From Rhizaria sp. SCN 62-66 (taxonomy: Eukaryota), in assembly GCA_001724265.1 (NCBI GenBank), contig MEDY01000103.1, positions 1 to 64,000 on the forward strand: a stretch of 64,000 bases of DNA. The letters are read 5' to 3'. The notes below the pieces were generated by a model. That model ran no database searches, was not told the DNA's origin, and worked only from the letters and a program-made list of their open reading frames with translations. Shown piece after piece: positions 41,201 through 54,414 of this stretch (position 1 is its first letter; each line of letters opens with the position of its first letter). The position numbers and the translations under genes are program-made.

Positions 41201-44200
41201 CCCAACTCGCAGTCCCAGCCGCCCATGCGCTCACTGCTTTCCGCATCCGCATCGTCAACGGCCGAGGATATGTTCCGTGGCCCGTCGCCGCACGCTCCTG
41301 CGCACTCGCCCAGCAGCATTGTCTCGGGCGAAGAGCCTGTAGAGAGCGGCAGCGGCAGCGGCAGCGCGGCGTCTAATGCGCTTACGGGTGAGCGTCCTGT
41401 CATTAGCGGGTCCACATCCGCTGCGCAAAGCCACCCATACGCGCGTTCGTTGATGCCCGCGGCGCCGCTAGCTTTTGCCGATGAGGCATATCTTTTCGGC
41501 GCGCCCAGCTCGGCGGCGCTTGACTCAGTTGTCGCGGCTAGAGTCGAGGCAAACAACAACGGCGACCCCTTTGCGGCTAGTCTCGCCGGCATGGGCAATA
41601 TGGGCGGTGCGTTCCTGCATACCAACGCGGGCGACGTGCTGGGCGGTGCGGACGGACATGCGGCGGCCGCGATCGAGGCGAGTGTCGTCGAAGCGTTGCA
41701 ACAGTCAGCTTCGGGTAGCGCGAGCGGTGGCAGCGGCTCTGGGCGCGACAGCAGTGGTGCCGACAGTGAGGACGAAAACGACGATGATGATCGCGCTCAA
41801 CACATCAGCTACGGCCGCAGTGGCGCTCGGAGAGGCGCCGGCCGTGGCGCGCAGCCCGGTTCGCCGTCGGGCTCCTTCTCGTCTGTATCGACCTCCGCGA
41901 TGTCGTCCTCGTCAGACTCTGCCAGCTTGGTTCCTGCGGAGGGGCAAACGTCGTCGCTGCATCAGCCCGCGGCGGGTCGCCTGACGGGGTCGCCTGGACT
42001 GGGCCCCGTTTTGCGCTGGGCACACGGGGCGCTGGACCCTGCCGCCGCGGCCGCCGCTCAGGAGGCCGGCGTCGACCTCGCCGCCGCGGCCGCCGCGCTT
42101 CCGTTTCTGCGCGAGCGCCGCCGCGCGATGCTCAAGCGCAGGCGTTCGCGCGCGGTCCAGGCCCATGCGAAGGTTGTGGCGGCGGCGGCGGCGGAGGCCG
42201 CTGGACAGCCGCCGATGTCGCGCGCGACGCGGGACAAGCACAAGATGCAGCGCCAGGCGCAACAGCAGGCGCAACTCCAACTCATAAGCCCTGGGCTGCT
42301 GCAGCAGTCTCCGCCGGACCAGCGCCGGCAGTCGCTGAGCAAGCCCAGCCACCACTATAGCACGAGCGGCCATCGTCATGCCGACGGTCATCAGAGCAAA
42401 AAATACGACTCCGGGCATAAGCAGAGTCACAGTCGCAGCCAGAATCAAAGTCGCAGTCATAGTCACCGCGACGCCGACTTCGACTCCCCGCAGCAGCGCA
42501 GCGAGATTAACTCGCGGCGCGGGGGCCGCTCAGTCGCAGCTTCGGCGAATCCAACGCCGCCGCTGCCTCCCGTGCCTGCTGTCGTCAACGCCAACGTTGC
42601 CACGAAAGAGGGCGGCGACTCGATCACGAACCCGCCGATGCTGGTGACGACGTACACGGTTGAGGACGGCTTGGGGCGCTTATCGTCGCCAGTGCTTTAC
42701 GCCAACGGTGGCGGCGGCAGCAGCACGGGCCTGGACCGCTCCAACACCAGCGCGGTGCCGTTCTCGTCCGACGACCTGGTCATGGGCAGCCCCGGCGTGC
42801 GCGCGCCGCCGCCGCGCCAGGCGCACATCTCGCTCGACGCACCACCGCTGTTGCCGCCGACAGCGCCTGTGCGCCCGGCATTCGAGGTTACGCCGCCAGT
42901 GCTTCGGTCCATGTCCGGCATCGCTCCCGGGCGCCCGGGCAGCACCGACGACGGCTCGCGTGCCGACACTTACGACGGCGACAACTTGGTGAGTCACCAT
43001 GACCACAACAGCTTTCGCGACGATCAAAGCGTTCATCAGGGCGAGAGACTCGAATCCAGCGGCGGCGACGACGACCACTTCGGCGACAACGAAGAGGAGG
43101 AGGACGACCGCATGCCAGCGGCTGAAGGCTCGTTGGACGCGTCAAATGCACTTGTGACGCATATGCCATCGGCGCCTGTTCCCACGTCGCCTGTCCGCCT
43201 TGCGGGGGCGTTAGGTGGACGTGGCTTCACCGCAAATGCGGGCTTTTTCACACCGCCACCACCGCTCTCTAGTGCCCCAACCTCTATCGGCACAACATCA
43301 CGCTTCTTGTCGCCACCGCCCGTCATGTCGGGGCGCACTGTGTCACAGACCGGACCTCAGTCCTCGTTATCGCCGCGCGGCGCCGCTTTCACAGCTGCTG
43401 CGGGCACAATACCGTCGCCGGTTCGCATGACGTCGCACCAGTCGGCGCAGCAGCTTTTCGTCCCACCTCTCTCGCGCCAGTCATCGAACGCGCTGCTTGT
43501 CGGCACGCCCGTGTGGAGCCGTCTCGTGGCGTCGGCCTCCGCCGCATCAGGAATCGGTCGCAGCGCAGCCGTCATTCCTGGTGCAGCCGCCAGCAAGAAT
43601 GTGCGTAAGGCCAGTGGATTGCCCCCACTCGCGCCGTCGCCGTCGCACTCTGCGTCTGCGACACCCGCGCCCGGCGCGATGGTTGCCATTACCGGCGCGC
43701 CCACGCCGCCCGCCGGCCGCGTCGGTTCCGCGGGCTCGGCCGAGTCCTTCGGCGCGCGCACGCCGTCGCCGCACGTGCCTGGTTCGCCCGCGTCTTCGGG
43801 ACCGCCTGTGGGATCGGTGCTCCACCAGTTGCAGCAGCATCAACTGCTGCAGCAGCAGAAGCAGCACGGCCCCGCGGCAACGCAGGCACAGCTTGCGCTG
43901 ATGCACTCGGGCCAAGCCCCCGGTGCAGACTTTCCTTCGCTTGAGAGCCCTGTGTCGGCAAGCGGCTGGACGAGCGCAGTCGTTCGCGTCGGGCCGCTCT
44001 CCGCCAACCCCGGTGGTGTTGCTGGCAATGAACAGCTGACGCGGTCGGGCAGCCTCGGCTTACTCGCGCCCGGCGGCGCCGACGTGGCGACAGCGCTTAG
44101 CGCGGCTTCAGGCAGCATCAACGCTGTGACGCCGTCAGGTCACGTCATCCGCCATGGCAGTCTGGGCAATGTGCAGCAGCTGCTGCGGCACCAGCTATCG

Positions 44201-47200
44201 TCCCAAGCGCCGCCGGCATGGCTGATGCAGCGTCTGCCATCGTTGGCCAACCTCGCCGCTGCGCCATCTACCGGCGTTGCGCCGGGTGGGGTGCCCAACG
44301 CGCACTCGCTCGCGAGCTCCGGTGTGGCGGGTGGGCCCTCGGCAATGCTCGCAGCGGGCTCTCTTGTGGGACCTGGCACGCACCACTTCTTCGGCAGTGG
44401 CCCGCCCGGAAGCACCAATGCTAGCGGCGCTGGCGGACAACGTTTCCGACGCGCTACAGGCGGAACAGGACTGCACACGCACAACTCAGGTCTTCCCTCT
44501 GTGGGCGGCAGTCCGCAAGGCTCGCCGATGTATGAAGCTCGCCGATTGCGCTCGCGCCATGGCACAGGCACGCCGACGCTACTGGTAACGCCGCCGCCGG
44601 GCGGGAACGCCGCTCCGCAGCCGCTTCCGCTGCTCACAAGCCACCCTCCGATTCACAACCACGCTCCCGGCCTGAGTCAAAGCCAGAGCCAGATGTTGAT
44701 CCACAGTCAGGGACAAGGACAACTTGTGAACTACAGTCCAACGCCAGGCCAGTCTGTGCCTGTTGTGGGCATGCCCACGCACGTTGGCTCCGACCTTGGT
44801 TCCGGGCGGCGCCCGCGCGACCGCGAGAGTCCCTTGCCGCCGCGACCGCCCCGGGACCCCGATTCAGTCACGCTGCGCAACGGCTTGACTCTGACCGGCC
44901 CGCGGAGCGCCATGGTGCGCGAGCTCAAGGGCAACGACCAGGGCGACGGCTCCAGCAGCGGCAGCGGTGACGCGGGCGGCACGCGCTCGGGATCGGGCTC
45001 GGGCTCGGGCAACGGCAGTAGCGCGAGCAGCAGCGTGGCCCCGACGCGGCACCTGACGCCCGCGGACCGCGACGACGCGTTCGGCGACAGCGAGGACGAG
45101 GACGACTTCGAACTAGGTGGAAGCGGCAGCGAGAGTGGCGGCTTGGAGTGGGAAAAGGCACATGAGCGCCGAGTGCTTCTGCACGCGCTCAAGCGCGCCT
45201 ACATGGCTGCTTGCTCGCAGACAATGATGCTGCAACCGCAGATTGAGCGCGCGAAGAACGAGATGGCCCTTGCGCAGTCGCGCCGCTCGAACCCTGCACG
45301 CGGTGGCGCGGGCCGCGCAGCCGGAAGCCGCGACGGCAACAAGAGTGACTCTGATGACTCGCTGGCTTCTGGTATGTCGTCCGCAACCGCGGCCTCTGGT
45401 GGCTACGGCCGCGATGACCGGGCCAGCGGCGCGACGGCAGCGCTGCCCGGGGCGCTTGTGGTGGCTGGTGCGCCCCCTAAGGACGAAGCGCCGCCCCGCA
45501 AGCTGAAAGTCGCGGTGCGGCGCCTCATCGTTCCCATGCGTGGCGGCCTGCGCTTTCGTGTCGCGCGTGGGCCACTGCCAGTGCCTTCTCGCAGTCAGCT
45601 TGAGCGCGAGGACGCTGAGCGGGTCGAGCGCAAGCGCAGGCGCCGCGAGCGCCTGCGTGGGCGCGCCCGTGATCAGCAACAAATTGGCTCCATCGATGAG
45701 AACCAGCTCTCAAACCACCGCTACCACCACCATTACCACCGGCACCACGACCGCGACCACGAGCTTGAGCGCGAGCGCGAGCGCGAGCGCGAGCGCGAGA
45801 CCGCTTTCGCCCGCGCGCGTGGAAGCTGGGGGCGCGAGTCGAGCGTGGTTCTCTTTTCGGCGTCTGCGGACGGGGCTTCGCGGCCTAGTTCGCAGCTGAG
45901 CCAGAGCGGGTCTTCGACCACTACCAGTGGTAGTGAAAGTGGCAGTGACAGCAACGTGCGCTCTGGTCGGTCCAGTGAAGCCGACCGCTCGCGTTCACGC
46001 TCGCGCTCGCGCTCGCGCTCGCACCTCGGTGGCGCCGGCGCTAGTCGTAACGGCAACCGGAGTGGTGCCAGCGACTACGACAGCGGCAGCGACAGTGGCG
46101 GCAGCGGTGTTGCGTTCGGCGTTTCCCGTCGCTCGATGCTCGTCGTCTCCGGCCTGGGTCCCGACGGAGAGCCGATCCTGCGCCACGGGCGCGAGACCTG
46201 GCACCGGCCGCACCAGCAGGTCGTTTCGCTCCTGCGTCGCCGCAACGCCACAGCTGCTGCAGGTGCCGACGGCGCCGCTGGTTCTGACAGCCGTTCTCGC
46301 CGAGCCAACAGGCACAGCTCGCATGCGAACTCTGGCGAGCTCAGCGCGCGCACTTACGCATCTGCAGCGCCCTCGGGCGTCAGCAGCGCCAGTCGCAGCT
46401 CTGCCAGCCTCCACATGCGCCAGTCGCGGCGCCGCGGCAGCACGACCGGCGGCGTCGGCGCCGCGGGTACGCGCGACTACCGGTCGCGGACCATCAGCGA
46501 CATGCCTCTGCCTCAACGCGGGCTGCTGTTGTCAGCGACGATGGGCGATGCGCGCGGGAGCATGGAAGTGCCGACGCCCTCGAACAGCGGCCACCACGAC
46601 GATTCGCACCGTCGGCACGCGTTTGGACAGCGCCAGACAACGACGGCATCGGCCGTGAGCGCTGGACATCGCCGCTCCCCTGCAGGCACTACTGGGACGG
46701 GGACTCCGCCGAAGCCCGACCGCGGCGACAACGACGACAACAACGACAACAACGACGATGACGACGGCGACGGTGAAGAGGACACGACGAGCGAGGTGAG
46801 CAGCCAGCATAGCATGGACCGGTTGCGCGCGGTGGAGGCCTACGACGCCTGTGGACTGCTCGACGGCGACGACGGCGACGAAACCGACAACAGTGACGCC
46901 AGCAGCGCCGTCAGTGAGCACACCATCGGCGGCTTTCTGCTGCCAGGACCGCGCTCCGCGAGCGCAGGCATGATCCGTGCGCTCTCGCGCCGCCAGTGCG
47001 ACCGCCCCAACTGCCGTCGTTGCTCGCGCCTGTCGCCGCTGGAGTCAGACGCTGGCGACCCTGCGGCTGACGCTGCAGCCGCGGACTACGCGGCGACCGT
47101 AGCCGCGGCCGCAGCCGCCGCAGCCGAGGCCGCTGCGATCGCAATCGCGACCAAGGAGGCGCCGTACGCCGCGCTCTTCATCCGTGAGCTCTTCTGGTCT

Positions 47201-48514
47201 AAGGTGCGCGCCGAGGGCGTGTCTGTGCGCGCCGAGTCCGCTATTCTGCTGCCGCCCGAGGGCAGCGCCGCACACGGCCACAACCGCGGCATCGACATCT
47301 ACAACCGCGGTCTTTCCGCCGCTGCATCCGCCTCGACAGGCGGCGTGTCCAACGGCTCTTCCGCACTGCTCACGCACCTGGGTTTCGGCGCCGCCGGCGC
47401 TGCGGGCGCGCCGCTGCAGCGGGACATGGACGCGCTTGGTGTGTGGGGCCTCTCGCCCTCGCTCACCGCGGCCGCCGCGGCTGCCGCGAGCGCTGCCACA
47501 GCGGTCGCCGTCGGTGCGTCCATTTCCTTCGCGTCGCAGCCGCGGCTGGGTAACGCCTTCGACCTGGCCCCGCTTGCGCCCATCTCGGCCGCCTCGGCTG
47601 CGGCCGCGGCCGCGGCGGGCGCGGGTGCGGGCGGATACTCGGCGGCGACGCTGAGTCTGAGCCAGCGCCACTCACTCGTGACGTCGCTGTGGCGCACGTC
47701 CGACGTCCTCGCCATCGCCAACAGGCTCTACACGATGCTCGCCGAAGCCGCGGCCGCGCGCGCGCGCGCCGCAATGAGGGCGACGTCTGCGCCCGCCGGC
47801 ACCGCGGCAGCTGCGGCCGCGGCGATCGCGGCCGCGGGCGTGGGCTCCGGCGCTGACGTGATGGCCGCGATCTGGGGCGACAAGGCGGCCATCCCGGCCT
47901 CGCTCGCTGCCTTTGCGGCCGACGGTGAAAAGGCGGCTGCCGCGGCTACGGGCGCAAGTGCGAGCACTGGCGCGGGCGCGGGCGTGGGCGTCAGCGGAGA
48001 GGGCCGTGAGCGCAGGACTCGCAGTGAGCGGCGCATCGGCGGCGACAAGCGCGACAAAGACAAAGATAAAGACAAGGACGGCGGCAAGGAGTCTGGCAAG
48101 CACAGGGACAATGATGGCGACCGCGAGCGCGACAAGGACAAGGACCGGGACAAGGAGCGCGAGAGGGACCGGAGCGGGTCGCGGCGCAAACGACTGCCGC
48201 TGGTGGTCGAGGGCGACCAAGATGAGTCGGCCCGGGTTTCACCCTCCGCCGCGGCTGCAGCGGCCACGGCGGCGGCGACCGGCAGCGGCGCCGATGGCCC
48301 CCGTGAGTCGCCCTCGGCGCTGTCCTCGATGTCGGCGACCACAGCGGTGACCGCGACAACGACGGCAACGGCGGCGACCGCGGCGACAGGAACGTTTCGC
48401 CGGAACAGCACTGCGGGCACGTCGTTGACGCACGCGGCGAAGCAGCGGGTCCGACGCGGGCCAGACGGTGAAATTGAACTTGCTGTGATGGTTGAGCATG
48501 CTCCTGTGGTGTGA
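38300..48514 (+). CDS. Extra-large, divergent heterotrimeric G-protein alpha-like protein (3404 aa if the in-frame TAG at 40496-40498 is decoded)
   Basis: MGSGQS myristoylation-type start; G1 GQACAGKST; helical-domain remnants 'VRRNL' and 'AAALAAIWQAPALQ'; 'DYLPTVTDAITTYEPTVGV' (G2); 'LRLMDTGGGAL*RPKS...VVFVAALDEYD' (G3/switch II); 'TPVLLVLSKAD..ARKL...PLATRYPEY' (G4); later 'AALFIRELF' and 'HSLVTSLWRTSDVLAIANRLYTML'. ORFs 38300-40498 and 40538-48514 share one frame. Final stop TGA. Confidence 0.8.
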
Positions 48515-49094
48515 ACTTAAAGGACCGGTGAGTGAATTGGACAACAGTGTGAGCTTAACACAAGATTGCTCTGTCTAATAGTTGTTCATGTTCCAGAACT
48601 AACACAATCCAGATGGGTTATTGGTGCGATACTTTAGTCGAACTACTTTTTATATTACATAGTGTGAATTGCGTGCGTTTTTATGTGCCCTATTAAAACA
48701 ACTCACTTAAAGCGTTCATGCAAATTTGCTTTACCATTGTTACCTACATCATCTATACAAAGTCTTACTTTTCAGTCAGCTCGATCACAATATAAATGAC
48801 AATTGCAAAATTGAGCGTATATCCGCAGCAATGTTAACAGTAAAATGATTTTGTGTTGTTTGACTTAGAACGGTCTTGCTTTAAGTGCGAATGTCTCGGA
48901 AAACGGTTGTTACCACAAATGCTGCTCGGAAGATTGGGGGAAGCAGTCCAAAGCGAAAGTGATGAGCAGCAAAATCTCGATATCTCGGGGTGCTAAATCC
49001 GTCGAGCAGATCCTGCAGCAAGAGTGCAGGGGTTAATTGTAGTTTTCTCTACGTTGGCTAATTTATAGTTCTTGAGAACTTTATTCAAGAGCAT

Positions 49095-49506
49095 ATGATC
49101 AACCGCCGTTTGCTTGCCACTGAGGCTGATGTGACGACCGCTCGCCGTCTCTTTATCGCTGGCTTCTTTGGCCTTCCCTTTCTTTGGCTCCTCAACTACA
49201 TCATGTTTCGCAAGGTTGCTGGGGCATCTAAGCATGTGACCGCGTTTTGCTGGTGTACGTCTTCTTGTATCCTGATTTATTCACACTCTTTTGCACCGCC
49301 TCCCTCCCATGCGATTTGAACTCTCACCCTTACACACTTCGCCGCTCATTTTCCCCTTCTTAACAGATGTGCGTGCGTCGCTGATTCTGAGCATCATTGT
49401 GCTGGCAGGCTGGGCCGCGTGGATTGTGTACTTCTACGTCATGTACGCCACCGAGGACAAGCTGCGGAACTTCCTCGTCTTCACGCCACGCCCCTACTAC
49501 AACTGA
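49095..49506 (+). CDS. PSENEN: Gamma-secretase subunit PEN-2; exons 49095-49254 and 49367-49506
   Basis: 'ARRLFIAGFFGLPFLWLLNYIMF' matches the PEN-2 GFxxLPFLWxxN motif. The gtacgt...aacag intron gives 'W-YVRASLILSIIVLAGWAAWIVYF...LVFTP'. Stop TGA. Confidence 0.88.
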
Positions 49507-50106
49507 CCGCCGGCGCCCTCTCTCTCCTCAGGCGCTCATGCGTGCGCAGAGCGACGGAAATTCAGCGGCCTGCAACACTGTACGTGGGTGTATACTGCTG
49601 TTTTTTTATTGTATGACCGCAGGCTTGACACCAAGTGTATTTGTGTGTGCTTTAGTGGCGCTCGGTCGCTCCCACGAGGGCCATTGCTTTCTGGCTACGA
49701 GCATTTGACCCACGAGCGCAATCTCATTGATATGGGGCTCAAAACAAATAATACAAAGAACTTAGTTTCATCGCATTCTTTTTGTTATCTAGTTTGTTCA
49801 CATCTGTGGTGTACAAAGAGTGAGGCTTGCTTGAATGGAAATAGAAAACACTGTATTCATCAAGGGAATTGCGAGAGCCCTTTGCTTTTGCTTTTGCTCT
49901 GGCATGCAACAACTACTAGTGATAAGTCCACAACTAGTAGAACGTATGTGTGCGCAGCTGTGGTCGTCATACACGCGGTCGCCGCTGACTGAAGAGAACA
50001 CCTTCACCGCACTGAGCCTCTCAGCCGCAAGGTTTCATCGGAAGTGCTGATGTCGATCGGTCGGAGCTCGGAGCTCAAATCTGGGATCGTCGAGACTTCT
50101 GAGAAC

Positions 50107-51004
50107 TTAGACCTTGGAGGGGTCGGCGGTGAAGCGGAGGTAGGGGCGGAACTCGTCGACGCCGCCCTTGGCGAAGATCTCCTTAGCCTGCTCCGTGGGG
50201 ATGGTGGGCAGCACGACGACCTTCTCGCCCGACGTCCAGTTGGCCGGCGTCGCAACCTGGTGCTGGATCGTCAACTGCAGCGCGTCGAGCACACGGAGCA
50301 GCTCGTTGAAGTTGCGGCCCGTGGGCGCGGGGTAGGTGAGCGTGGCCTTGATCTTGCGGTCGGGGCCGATGAAGAAGACCGAGCGCGCCGTCACGGGCAT
50401 GCCGTCGATCACGTGGTCCTGGTTCACCATCGAGTACAACTTCGACACGGCGTAGTCCTCGTCGCACACGATGGGGAAATCCACGGGCGCGCCGCCCAGG
50501 GCGACGATGTCGTCGATCCACGCGGTGTTCTTGACGCGCGAGTCGACGGCCAGGCCCAGCACCACGGTGTTGCGCGCGGCCCAGGCGTCCTTGAGCTTCG
50601 CCACCTGCGCCAGCTCGGTCGTGCACACAGGCGTGTTCGCGGCGGGGCTGAGCAGAGCGCAAGACGAGTGAAGCAGGGGGTCAGAGGGAAGGTTATGAGT
50701 GCGAGAGTATTGATGCATGAAGTGAAAGTACGCTTCTTACAAGGCTGAAAATATAATATCTTGTTGTGGTATCAGTGTAGTGTGGGTAAACTATGAATAT
50801 ATCATGTGATAAATTCGTGTGGATGCAAGATGTTGATGCTCAGACGTACTGAGAGAAGAGAATGGCCCACTTGCCGTTGGTGTAGTCGTAGAAGTCGATG
50901 GGGCCCTGGGTGGTCTCCTGCTTGAAGTTGGGAGCAGTGTCGCCGATGCGCAAGAAGCCCTGCGAAGCGATGATCGCCTTAGCCTTGTCGTTGAGCTCAG
51001 CCAT
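50107..51004 (-). CDS. PRDX6: 1-Cys peroxiredoxin (Prx6 family); exons 51004-50850 and 50647-50107
   Basis: 'LRIGDTAPNF...WAILFSH|PAANTPVCTTEL', 'YPAPTGRNFNELLRVLDALQLT', 'VATPANW' and 'PYLRFT'. Stop TAA. Confidence 0.95.
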
Positions 51005-52012
51005 TGTGGGTGATGAAAACTGCAAATGTCAAGATGGGAAATGGCAAATGAGGGGCACATGGGATTGGCCCCAAAAAAGGAAAGGAGACAATGTTGGGAC
51101 AATGAGCAATTATCGGCACTAGATAGCTGTAAAACGCACGTCTTCACTATGAGCCGTAAATTTTGCGAGTACTTAACTCGGATCATCGATAAAACTTGCG
51201 ATTTTCCCACAGAAAGAGAGCGTATGAGATAGGGAAACGACGACATTGCAAGGATCGGTGTTTGGTCATGAAGTACCGAGTTGGCCCTGTCTATCTATCA
51301 CCACAGAATGAGTGCAATGAAAAATCCAAAAAATGAGAATGTATGTCGTTGCATAATCTCACCGCTGACGAATAGGCACGACTTCAACGCCGGTTCTCAT
51401 AGCAGGCAATATGAAGATCTTAGGGTTCGTATGGCATGCATCTCAAGCGTCGCCTCGCGAAGCTGACTACGTGTCCCACGCCTACGTTGCTCCTCCAACT
51501 CTGATAGTGCGCGCAATCAAAATATCCCAAAGATATCGGGTGTTTTTTAACATGGGTTTCTAAAATATCATCTTTTATGTGTCTATTAGTTCGTTTTTGA
51601 TGTGAATATGCACAAAATTTACGATACACCACAAACAATTTTTTGAATGTAATGAATAGCGAACGTGTGCTCATGGCGTTGTTATGTATTGTATTCTGTG
51701 TAACTTATAAAAATTAGGCGTTCAATTCTCGTCTGACAACGAAGACATCTAATCAGTTGGCGTTGTCATTGAATTTTTCGTTTTGTCCTCATCTGCGTGT
51801 CGTATACCGCGCTGTAGTCAGATGACAAGCACACTGCGCCAAACAGCGGCACTATCACTCTGATATGCAATGGCTTCGACCACTCTTATGCAGTATCTTA
51901 CATCCCCACACATCACGTTGTCTCGCCAACATAACTTCGCTGTGAAAACAACATCGAAATCTAGATGAAAACGTAACGGCTTGGCTTCTGTTCTGATGGC
52001 GACTGTCTTCCA

Positions 52013-54414
52013 TTACATCTCGTACGACGAGATGGTGTGGATGATCTGAGCGGGGAAGGAGTGCACAATGGGCTCGATGGGTCCGCCACTCTCGAGCAGC
52101 GCCGCGTCAATCGTCGGCTGAGACTCCCAACGGATCTGGATGTGAATTAAAGATAAAAATAAAAATAAAAATGCGAATTGACAACTGTGAGCATTAAAGA
52201 ACGCAAAGCAATCTGAATCGAGACGTAGCAAAATGCGTAATAGTGAGAGAGATATCATATCACATTGACGGACCATCGCTAGAACCTGCTGATGCGCGAC
52301 GCGCTCGCGCAGCAGCGCCTCGCCGCGCGCCATCGCCGAGTACATGCGCTGCAGGATCGCGGGCGAAAAGTCGCGCTTGAGCACGTCGCGCAGCGTAAGG
52401 AAGCCGCGGCCCTTGTCCTCCTCGTGCGGGGGCAGCGCCGCGAGCAGCTTCGCGCGCGTGTTGCGCGCTGCGGTCTCGCGCTGCACAGTCTGTGTGAGCA
52501 GGAAATATAAGCGGAAGAGCGCAAGGTGGCAGATTTTTAGCAAACATGATACAATTGAGAATGAGAACTACAACTCGATAATGTTGATCTTGGTCATTTG
52601 TCATTTTTACAAAATACGGATAAGATAAAGTTAAGCTTGGTCGGTCGGTGGGCATCACCTTGTGCACCTTGGTAACAACATAGCCACTGCGACACATAGT
52701 CTGCAACATGCGCAAGTCAATCGTGTAGTTCTTCTTGGCGTGGAAGTCGGTAACCAGCTTGGTGAAGCAACCCTTGCTATAATCTGGAACCAATGTGCGA
52801 ACTGCTGTTCCAGACTCGTTACGTACCGCTTCGGGGTCGTCGTAGATAGCTGATGCGGTCTGCACGGCCGCCGCGACGGCCGCCGTGAGCGCCGCCTGCG
52901 CCTGCTCCGGGCTCTCGAATGCGCTGGCGTTGAATTCGGCGGCGACGCGGTGGCGGACGCCGTCGAGCACCTTGGCGCGCGCGGCATCTGAGGCGGCCTG
53001 GCGGCGCTCGACGCGTTCCATCGCCTCGCGCGCGGCCACCTCTTCGTCGTGATCCTCGAAGTCCCACTGGCCGAACGCCGGCGGCTCGTCGGGCGCGAAC
53101 CATAGCACGCGCGTGTCCAGCTCAGGCGCAGCGCCGAAGGACATGAGGTAGCTAACCTGGTCCGCCTGCGCGCGGTACAGCGTCCACTGCACGAGCGAGA
53201 GCCCGCGGCGCTTGGCATCGACGGCCGCGCCGTTGCAGACCAGGTAGCGCACGATGTCCGCGTGCCCGTGCTCCGCCGCAATCGAACATGCTGCGGCGAT
53301 AACAACAGAAAGAATAAAATGCAAAATATGGAATCATATGTGAGCATGATGGAATGTTGTGTGATTGATTCAGTTGAGTTCTTGAATGTTCGTTACTCCA
53401 GGCTTGTCTGACATGTCAGTACGTACCTGTGTCTCCGGCGGCCGAGGGCAGGTCAACCCGCGCGCCGTGCTCAACGAGGAACTGCACGATGTCGAGGTGG
53501 CCGCGGTCGCAGGCAAAGTGCAGCGCGGTCCAGCCGTTCTCGTGACGCGAGCGCGTGGGGTGCGTGGCCAGGTCCAGGTTGCAGCCCAGGTCCCAGAGCG
53601 CAGACACCACGGCCAGGTTGCCGCCCTGCGCCGCAAAGTGCAGCGCCGAGAACTCGGCCCACACGGACTTGATATTCGGGTCGCAGCCGTTGGCCATGAG
53701 GAACGGCAGGATGTTGGTGTGCTGGTTCAGGGCAGCCTTGTGAAGTGCCTGATTACGTCATCGTACGAAAAATGGTGTGCAGCAATGGTGTGTTGAGCTT
53801 TGAGTGAGAAAACATAAATACACATGTAAATATACGATAAATAATGTGCCATCCTATATGTCCATCCAAATTTCACAAAAATGATGTTTTGCCGAGACAA
53901 CATGGGTGTTGCTACGAACTGTGCTAGCGACACAAAAAGTGCATGATAGCTGCAGCATAGAAGAGCTGCAGCATAAAGGACAGTGTAGCAAAAAAGAGTG
54001 TGTGCGTACCTTGCCCTGCATGGTGTTGGGGTTGGCCTTGTGATCGATGAGGAGCTGCGCGGCCTCGATAGAACCGACGGCGCAGGCGCGCACGAGGGCC
54101 TCGCCCGCTGAGCCGCGGTCGCTGAAGTCGTAGAGCTTGCAGAACACGGGGTCATCCAGGGTCTCGCGCAAGCTCTTCAGGTCTTTGGTCTCAGCGTAAA
54201 AGACGAGGTCGCGGATAACCTGTGGGGAAGCGCGACGCGGGTGTGGAACGGGACGGATGATGGTGAGCGCGGGGACATGTAGAGACGAGAAACAAATGAC
54301 AAGAGAGACACAGCGCAGACAACAAGCTGAAAATGTCTAGGCACGTACCTTGGGATCTTCCACAATCTTCTTCTGCTTCTTCTTCTTCTTAGTCGACTTC
54401 TTCTTGGGAGGCAT
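52013..54414 (-). CDS. Ankyrin-repeat protein with a Lys-rich N-terminus; exons 54414-54349, 54219-54010, 53748-53427, 53290-52827, 52489-52274, 52135-52013
   Basis: MPPKKKSTKKKKK start; ankyrin motifs 'ALHKAALNQH', 'SALHFAAQGGN', 'GWTALHFACDRGHLDIVQFLVEHGA' and 'GDTACSIAAEHGHADIVRYLV'. All junctions are GT-AG and phase-consistent. Stop TAA. Confidence 0.85.

Noticed and set aside
40538-48514. The 2658-aa ORF as an independent gene
   Set aside because: It begins at a GTG in the middle of a G-alpha strand, has no AT-rich promoter gap and is colinear with the upstream ORF.
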